Shown here piece after piece: positions 57,316 to 64,000 of a DNA stretch of 64,000 nt. The DNA is from an uncultured Candidatus Saccharibacteria bacterium (lineage in GTDB: Bacteria; Patescibacteriota; Saccharimonadia; Saccharimonadales; UBA4665), in NCBI GenBank assembly GCA_963743435.1, contig CAVUPG010000004.1:176238-240237 (forward strand), written 5' to 3'. The notes beneath the pieces are model-generated. The model had not been told where the DNA came from. It saw nothing but the letters and a program-made list of their open reading frames with translations, and made no database searches. Position 1 is the first letter of the stretch. Each line of letters begins with the position of its first letter. A program made the position numbers and the translations under genes.

Positions 57316-60164
57316 GCTTTGCTATGCCCACCGTCAGCTCCCTGCCCTCTACTGTTTCAGTGGTGCGGTACAAGGGGTTCTCTATCTGTTTTACAAATGT
57401 GTGCGTAAGTGTCTCTGCGGCAATCGCATCACTGTGTTCGGTAATGGCATGCTGTAGCTCTTTGTCAGCCGTCTCGAGCGAGAGCTCAATCCTATCGTCC
57501 ACCTCGAGTCCTGCAGCCTTTCGCGATACCTGCACGACACGGACAATCTCACGCATGAGGCCCTCTCGATGCAGTTCGGGGGTTATGACCTCGTCTAGTG
57601 CCACTTCTGGACCGGTGTGCACGGCTTTCACATTGAGCTCGTCCTCGAGAATTGGCAGGAAGTCGATATGCTCACCAAGCTGCGGCACCGTCACGCTAGC
57701 CAATGGTTGTCGTACCTTGATACCTGCCTTGGCACGCTGACTCAAGCCTTGGTTGACGTAATCGCGTACTTGCTCCATGTCGTTCATGACGAGTTCATTC
57801 ACCCGACCAGCTGGAAGCCAATCTTTGAGGTGTACAGACTCTTTGTCGCCCGTGAGTTGATGATAGAGCTCCTCGGCCAGAAAAGGCGTGAAAGGGGCCA
57901 GTACGTAGCTCAGACGCACCAACACATAGTGGAGCGTGCGGTACGCAAGCTGTTTGTCGCTATCATCCTCGCTTTTCCAGAAGCGGCGACGACTTCGGCG
58001 AACATACCAGTTACTGGCGTCATCGAGAAATGGCAAGATTGGACTCAGCGCATCAGGGATGTTGTAGGCATCCATATGCTTCTCCACCTCTGCAACCAGT
58101 TGGTGCATGCGTGAGATGATCCAGATATCGAGCGGGTTCGAGCAGTCTTCGAGCGGGTCGACCAGCTTGCCGTCGTACTCCCACCCATCTACCTCTGCGT
58201 ACATCGTGAAGAAATCGTACATGTTCCAGATCATGCTCAGCTTGCGAGCGACGTCGCCGACCTCTTTATCCTGTAGCGCGAAGTCCTCTCCGTTCAGTAG
58301 CGGTGAGCTGAGCAACAAGAATCGCAAACTATCTGCGCTAAATTTATCCATCAGTTCATTAGGGTCAGTGTAGTTGCCGTAGCTTTTACTCATCTTGCGC
58401 CCATCATTACCAGCCACATTACCGGTGACGATGACGTTCTTGAAGCTATTCTCACCAAACAGCGCGACGTTCATTGCGTGCATGTAGTAGAACCATGCCC
58501 GCACCTGACCGATGTACTCAACGATGAAATCACCCGGGAAATTTTCTTCGAACTTCTGTTTGTTCTCGAATGGATAATGGAACTGCGCAAACGGCATACT
58601 GCCCGCTTCAAACCAGCTGTCCATCACCTTGTCTATGCGTGTGTAGGTCTCGCCGTCAATCTCAAACGTGACATCATCTATCCATGGGCGGTGATAGTCC
58701 TCGAGCTCAACCCCTGAGAGGTCCTTGAGCTCAGCATAGCTTCCCACCACCTTAACCTTGCCGGTTGGCGATTTCCAGACCGGCATCGCCGTTGCCCAGA
58801 AGCGGTCCCGAGAGATGTTCCAGTCAGGGGCCTGTTGGACCGTCTTCTCAAATCGGCCATGTTTAACATGCGGCGGGAACCAAGTGATTGGCTCATTTTT
58901 CTCGAGCATAAGCTCACGCTGGCCTTCAATATCCATGAACCAGCTCGGGTGTGCGCGATACATCAGTTTCGTGCCACAGCGGTGACAATGAGGGTAGCTG
59001 TGCCGGATGTAGTCAATCTTCCAGACGACACCTTGTTCATGCAGATCTTTGGCGATTTGCTTGTTGACGTCCCAGACGTTTTTCCCTGCCCATTCGCTCT
59101 CGGTAAAGAATCCATTTTGGTCGATGGTGTGTACCACCGGTATACCCTTTTCCCGTGCAAGCACGAAGTCCTCTTCACCATATGCTGGTGCAAGATGCAC
59201 AACACCCGTGCCTTCTTCATGGCTCACGTATGGCGCAGACCACACTTTATGTGCTCTCTCACCTCTGTTTACTCCGAGGAGAGGTTGGTAGGTCTTACCA
59301 ACGAGTTCCTTGCCTTTTAACTCGCGTAGGATGTTGTAAGAAAGTGGTTGATGTTTCTCGTCTTGCAGTACTTTTTCGACAAGTTCTTTGGCTAGAATGA
59401 GCTGCTCATCACCGACCTCTACTTCCACGTATGTCAGCTTTTCGTTTACTGCGACGGCGGTATTGGCCGGCAGTGTCCATGGCGTTGTCGTCCACGCAAG
59501 TAGTGTGCTGCCGTCATCGAGCTTGAATTTCACATAGACGCTGGGGTCGGTGATGTCCTGGTAAGACCCTGCGTCCATCGTGACCTCAGCCTTACTGAGC
59601 GGGGTGCCATCAAGCGTACAGTACATGAGGACTTTTTCGCCCTCATATATTTTGCCCTTTTCGTACAGCGTCTTGAACGCCCACCAGATGGACTCCATGT
59701 AGTCTTTGTCCATGGTTTTGTAGGCGCCTTTGAAATCCACCCAGCGGCCGATTCGATCGACCACGTCTTCCCATTCGCCACTGGTCTGCACCATGTTATT
59801 GCGAGTTGCATTGATGTATTTCTCGATGCCATACTCAACAACTTCTTGTCGCGAGTGGATACCAAGTTTCTTTTCGGTGAAGCGTTCGGCCGGCAGTCCA
59901 TGGCAATCCCAGCCCCAGACACGCTCGACGCGCTTGCCTTTCATCGTCTGATAGCGCGGCACGGCGTCTTTGACGATAGAGCTCAAGCAGCGTACCATGG
60001 TGAGGCACACCCGAGATAAACGGTGGCCCATCGTAGAAAACATAGCTGTTGTCTTTCGGTCGCTGTTCGACGGATTTCTCAAATGTCTTGTCTTCTTTCC
60101 AGCGCTGTACCCAGTCCTTTTCGTATTCGAGTGCTCGCCTGCGTGTGCCGTGTTTGAATTTCAT
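57308..60164 (-). CDS. ileS: isoleucine--tRNA ligase; one frame break near the HIGH region
   Basis: The true N-terminus MKFKHGTRRRALEYEKDWVQRWKEDKTF...FYDGPPFISGVPHHGTLL lies in ORF 59835..60230 (ATG 60164, GGAG SD). The main ORF 57308..60082 continues with SSIVKDAVPRYQTMKGKRVERVWGWDCHGLPAE and has KMSKS. A 1-nt indel lies near 59975-59990. Confidence 0.9.
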
Positions 60165-60380
60165 ACTGTCTCCAATTAAAAATCCCTGTTTAGACCCTGG
60201 AACCCGATCTATCTCATCGGGCGGTACCATCCAGATTCTAAAAAGGGATTCCTCTTTAGCGCTTGGTTACTCGATCTGACGGGTCGTTTCCGTCGGGGTC
60301 TACTGGGCGTGAAGCCGTTCTTCCCGAAGCGTCGCGGGTGATAGCCGCTCACGTGACGTCTCTGCCGTCACACTGCCTAT
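60165..60380 (-). promoter_or_regulatory. T-box riboswitch leader of ileS
   Basis: Minus-strand AGAAUCUGGAUGGUACCGCC (plus 60220-60239) matches the T-box consensus AANNNGGGUGGUACCGCG, including UGGU. AUC triplets are available as an Ile specifier. A stem III-like hairpin reads CUAAAGAGG/CCCUUUUUAG. A 20-bp terminator helix (arms 60231-60250 and 60181-60200, 17/20 paired) is followed by UUUUUAAUU. A putative promoter has TTGCAT (60411-60416) and TAGTAT (60387-60392). Confidence 0.65.
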
Positions 60381-60422
60381 ATCTGTATACTACTCCAACT
60401 GGGGTCAGTTATGCAACACTGC

Positions 60423-60704
60423 TTACGCGCCGCCGAAGCTAAACGCGTAGCTCATGACTTCGTCCATCAGCGGTAAATCACCGCTCCAGCTCTTGATGTA
60501 CGCGCCGTAGCTATCAACCACAACAATGCCCGGGTAGGAAATAACATCGTACAAGCTGGCGAGCGAGGCGCCCTCGCGGGTATCGATGCTGACCGTCTCA
60601 ACATCTTTCGGTGATATATCGTGCTGCCGCAGTAGCTCACGCATGAACTCCTCAGTCTTCCTCGCATGCTCTGACTCTGGTCGATAAAACACTAGCACCT
60701 TCAT
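60423..60704 (-). CDS. small hypothetical protein (about 93 aa, Cys-free)
   Basis: Start preferred at MKVLVFYRPESEH (60704). It lies between the nrdJ terminator and the ileS leader. No recognisable catalytic motif. Confidence 0.5.
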   Translation of the reverse strand: MKVLVFYRPESEHARKTEEFMRELLRQHDISPKDVETVSIDTREGASLASLYDVISYPGIVVVDSYGAYIKSWSGDLPLMDEVMSYAFSFGGA

Positions 60705-60747
60705 ACCAAGCAGTATACCCCGTCTGTTTCGATGACACCAGTCGAGA

Positions 60748-60777
60748 GCAAAAATCCCCGGCAAGCCGGGGATTTCG
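60748..60777 (-). terminator. intrinsic terminator after nrdJ
   Basis: aaatccccgg (60752-60761) / ccggggattt (60766-60775) with a 4-nt loop. U-tract on the minus strand. Confidence 0.65.
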
Positions 60778-60797
60778 CGAGAGACCGAGCTATGCTC

Positions 60798-63617
60798 CTA
60801 TGAGCAGCCCGTGGTAGAGCCGCATGAGCTGCAGACGTAGCAGCTACCTGAGCGCTGCGTCTGGTTGCCACAGTTGTAGCACAGTGGTGCTGTACTGTCG
60901 GTAACTGCCGATTTCTTCTCGGCCTCAGCAGCTGCTGCCGCCATTGGCGCCATTGGCTGAGAGGTTGGTTCACTGCCATCGATGCCAGCTGGTTCGCTTA
61001 CCTGCTGCGTGACTGCTGTTTCGACTGGCTGTTCCTCGAGCAGACTGGTCTGCGCATCTGGCATGTCGTCGAGATCTGCGAGCCCAAGCTCAAGCTTGTC
61101 ATCGAAGCTGAGGTAATCAAGCGCCAAACGACGAATGATGTAGTCAGTGATGGAGCTAGCAGTGCGGATTTCATCGTCATCGGTGATACCGAATGGTGCG
61201 AAGCTCATACCGCGGAGCGTCTTGACGTAACTCTTCAGTGGCACACCGTACTGGAGGCCGTGGCTCATACTGATGGCGAATGAGTCCATCAGACCAGCGA
61301 GGGTTGAACCTTGGCGGCTGACACTGATGAAGAGTTCACCTGGCGTACCATCTGGGTATTCACCGACGGTGAAGAAGCCCTTGAGGTCAGCTAGGACGAA
61401 GCGGTAGGTGCGGCTGTTACGTTTGCGTGGCAATAGTCGACGTACCGCACCCTTCACGACGATACGGCTATCGTCAGTGACGGTGGCAGCAGCTACGGCT
61501 GGTGCGACAGCTTCTGCAGGCTTTTTCTCGTCACCGTCTTTCTTAGCCATAGAGAGTGGCTGCGCAACCTTACAGTTGTCACGGTAGATAGCGATGGCTT
61601 TCAGACCCATGTTCCAAGCGTCGATGTGTAGTTGCTCGACATCTTCCACAGTAGCAGTTTCTGGCATATTGACCGTCTTGCTGATAGCGCCAGATAGGAA
61701 CGGTTGGACGGCAGCCATCATCTTGACGTGGCCAAGATAGTGGATAGAGTTGTCACCCATTGAGCACGCGAAGACTGGCTCGTGTTCCTTTTGTAGGTGT
61801 GGCGCACCGAGGATAGTCTTTTCGGTGTCGATGTAGGCAATGATGTCAGTGACTTGTTCGTCAGTGTAGCCGAGAGCACGAAGTGCGCGTGGCACGGTCT
61901 GGTTCACGATACTCATCGTACCGCCACCAACGAGCTTCTTGACTTTGACGAGACCGAGATCTGGCTCGATACCCGTCGTGTCACAGTCCATCATCAGTCC
62001 GATGGTACCAGTTGGTGCAAGCACGCTCGCCTGGCTGTTACGGACACCGTAGAGTTCACCGAGCTCGACTGCTTCGTCCCATGCGGTCGTTGCAGCACTG
62101 AGTAGGTCCTCAGAGACCATGCTTGGGTCGATGTGGTCGACAGCCTCGCGGTGCATGCGCAATACATTGAGCATGCCGTCACGGTCTTTGTGGAAGCCGG
62201 CAAAAGGACCGACCTTACGAGCCATCTTAGCGCTTGTAGCGTAGCTGTGCCCAGTTAGCAGAGCCGTGATAGCAGCAGCTTGTGCTCGGCCTTCGTTGCT
62301 GTCGTACGGCAAACCCTGTGCCATCAGCAGTGCGCCGAGGTTAGCGTAGCCAATTCCGAGCTCACGGTAGGCTTTGGCGTTCTTGGTGATGCGCTCGGTT
62401 GGATAGACGCTGTAGCCAACCAGTATCTCCTGCGCGGTGAAAATGAGTTCGACGGTGTGCTTGAAGCTTTCGATGTCGAAGCTGAAGTCATCGTTCATGT
62501 ATTTGAGCAGGTTGATGCTCGCCAGGTTACAGGCAGAGTTATCGAGGTGCATGTACTCGCTGCAAGGGTTGGAGCCGTTGATACGACCAGCATTCGGCGT
62601 AGTGTGCCATTTGTTGATGACGGTGTCGAACTGCATGCCCGGGTCAGCACATTCCCATGCTGCCTCGGCGAATTGGCGGAAGAGGTTGCGCGCCTTGACG
62701 GTGCGAACGGTCCTGCCGTCTTTGATTGCTTTGAGGTCCCAGTCTTTGTCATCCACGACAGCCTGCATGAAATCGTCAGTTACGCGGACAGAGTTGTTGG
62801 CATTTTGGTACTGGACGCTGAAGATGTCTTTGCCGTCGAGGCTCATGTCATACCCAGCTTCCTGTAGGACGCGTGCTTTGCGCTCCTCGATAGCTTTACA
62901 CCAGATGAACTCTTCCACATCAGGGTGGTCTGAGTTCAGGATTACCATCTTGGCCGCACGGCGCGTTTTGCCGCCACTCTTGATAGCACCAGCGCTAGCG
63001 TCAGCACCGCGCATAAAGCTCAGTGGACCAGAAGCCGTACCGGCACTCTTGCCGAGCTTTTCGACGCTTGAGCGGATACTGCTAATATTAACGCCGCTGC
63101 CTGAGCCACCCTTGAAGATCATGCCTTCGTCGGTGTACCACTGCAGGATTGATGGCATAGTGTCATCAACTCCCAAGATAAAGCAGGCGCTCGCTTGCTG
63201 TGCGCGGTCTGCAGCACCGATGTTGAACCACACAGGACTGTTGAACGCGGCTCGCTGGCTTGCCAAGATGTATTTGAGCTCTTCGCGGAAAGTCTCTGCC
63301 TCTGCGTTACTATCGAAGTAGCCCTCTTGTTGGCCCTGACGAGTAACGGTGTCCACGACTCGATCAATCAGGTGCTTGAGTGACGTCTCACGGTCTTTGT
63401 CCCCCGGCGTACCGGTGAAGTATTTCTGCGCCACGATATTAAGTGCATTCATTGACCACGACTCAGGAATCTCAACTTCTTTCTGCTCGAATACAACCTC
63501 GTTTGTGAACGGGTTCTTGAGCAGTGAATCTCGCTTGACCCAGGTCAGCGCGTCGTATCCCTTCGACTTCGGCTCAGTGAAGAGCCGGCGCACACCGCTA
63601 TCTGTTGTTTGTCCCAT
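60798..63617 (-). CDS. nrdJ: adenosylcobalamin-dependent (class II) ribonucleotide reductase
   Basis: 939-aa ORF with NPCSEY...SACNLASINL, TGIEPD and a C-terminal Cys-rich tail CYNCGNQTQRSGSCYVCSSCGSTTGCS. Strong SD (GGAGGG). Confidence 0.9.
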   Translation of the reverse strand: MGQTTDSGVRRLFTEPKSKGYDALTWVKRDSLLKNPFTNEVVFEQKEVEIPESWSMNALNIVAQKYFTGTPGDKDRETSLKHLIDRVVDTVTRQGQQEGYFDSNAEAETFREELKYILASQRAAFNSPVWFNIGAADRAQQASACFILGVDDTMPSILQWYTDEGMIFKGGSGSGVNISSIRSSVEKLGKSAGTASGPLSFMRGADASAGAIKSGGKTRRAAKMVILNSDHPDVEEFIWCKAIEERKARVLQEAGYDMSLDGKDIFSVQYQNANNSVRVTDDFMQAVVDDKDWDLKAIKDGRTVRTVKARNLFRQFAEAAWECADPGMQFDTVINKWHTTPNAGRINGSNPCSEYMHLDNSACNLASINLLKYMNDDFSFDIESFKHTVELIFTAQEILVGYSVYPTERITKNAKAYRELGIGYANLGALLMAQGLPYDSNEGRAQAAAITALLTGHSYATSAKMARKVGPFAGFHKDRDGMLNVLRMHREAVDHIDPSMVSEDLLSAATTAWDEAVELGELYGVRNSQASVLAPTGTIGLMMDCDTTGIEPDLGLVKVKKLVGGGTMSIVNQTVPRALRALGYTDEQVTDIIAYIDTEKTILGAPHLQKEHEPVFACSMGDNSIHYLGHVKMMAAVQPFLSGAISKTVNMPETATVEDVEQLHIDAWNMGLKAIAIYRDNCKVAQPLSMAKKDGDEKKPAEAVAPAVAAATVTDDSRIVVKGAVRRLLPRKRNSRTYRFVLADLKGFFTVGEYPDGTPGELFISVSRQGSTLAGLMDSFAISMSHGLQYGVPLKSYVKTLRGMSFAPFGITDDDEIRTASSITDYIIRRLALDYLSFDDKLELGLADLDDMPDAQTSLLEEQPVETAVTQQVSEPAGIDGSEPTSQPMAPMAAAAAEAEKKSAVTDSTAPLCYNCGNQTQRSGSCYVCSSCGSTTGCS

Positions 63618-63798
63618 AATTCTCCCTCCATTTGGTACATCTCCGTAAGAGACAAAGACGTACGTGCTTTTATATTTTTGTTAGAGTTTCCTCTAACCCG
63701 CCCCTCACACTGGCAGGTTATCGGCAAGCTCTCCGGGGAGTTCAACAGGTGTTGAGCCCTCAGGAGAGCCGTCGCTAGCCATACAGATGTGAGGAAGT

Positions 63799-64000
63799 TA
63801 TGCTACCGAAGATTCAGTCGTCTTTTGTTCGCGAATTTGCGTGAGCGCCTTTTCGAAGCTTGCAATATCCGTAAATCGCCGATACACGCTGGCGAAGCGC
63901 ACATAGGCAACTTCGTTCAGCGCTGCGAGGCGCTTCATCGCCATCTCACCAATCTTGCGTGATTGCACTTCACTATCAGCGCACGCGTAGAGCTCTTGCT
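63799..64000 (-). CDS. nrdR: transcriptional repressor NrdR, 3' end (partial, runs off the window)
   Basis: Manual translation of the minus strand gives ...IGEMAMKRLAALNEVAYVRFASVYRRFTDIASFEKALTQIREQKTTESSVA*, an ATP-cone C-terminus. The stop is at 63799-63801. Absent from the ORF track because the start lies outside the window. Confidence 0.8.

Noticed and set aside
60423-60704. NrdH/glutaredoxin-like redoxin downstream of nrdJ (small alpha/beta-looking protein in an nrd neighbourhood).
   Set aside because: The protein has no cysteine at all, so it cannot be a thiol redoxin. It is also separated from nrdJ by a terminator.
63618-63798. Cobalamin riboswitch upstream of the B12-dependent nrdJ (GCCAGUG and CUCCUGAGGG resemble B12-element fragments).
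   Set aside because: The B12-box-like string is on the wrong strand. The conserved core helices and the GGUGAAA/GCCACUG arrangement are not present. Repressing a B12-requiring enzyme by B12 would also be illogical.

Overview
Bacterial window, about 50% GC by eye. There are two housekeeping flanks. Flank 1 (1-13.6 kb) holds a CPBP protease, rseP, frr, tsf, rpsB, rpmE, prfA, a P-loop kinase-like gene, prmC, an HtrA-like protease, a polytopic membrane protein, an LCP-family protein, lepB, parB and parA. Flank 2 (56.2-64 kb) holds rplU, a peptidase-C26/GATase-like hydrolase, ileS behind a T-box leader, a small hypothetical gene, class II nrdJ and the 3' end of nrdR. Gene content suggests a monoderm-type, compact genome such as a CPR/Saccharibacteria-like organism; this is inference only. 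Between the flanks, about 42 kb (14.4-56.0 kb, all minus strand) encodes giant secreted low-complexity proteins. Three are paralogous 'fibre' genes that share a leader, signal peptide and N-terminal domain, and then string together pectate-lyase-like beta-helix domains and tail-fibre-like stalk modules. The others are a double seven-bladed SBBP-like propeller protein and a Kelch-like multi-propeller protein. Each fibre gene sits about 390 nt downstream of a conserved 11-mer, TGTGGATAACT, which contains a perfect DnaA-box core, and has a C/A-rich leader tract. Main caveat: 1-nt frame breaks, some at short homopolymers, hit even essential genes (tsf, parA, ileS). Many apparent pseudogene fragments may therefore be consensus errors, but the breaks are unevenly distributed. 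No tRNA/rRNA genes, CRISPR arrays, transposases or integrases were seen.
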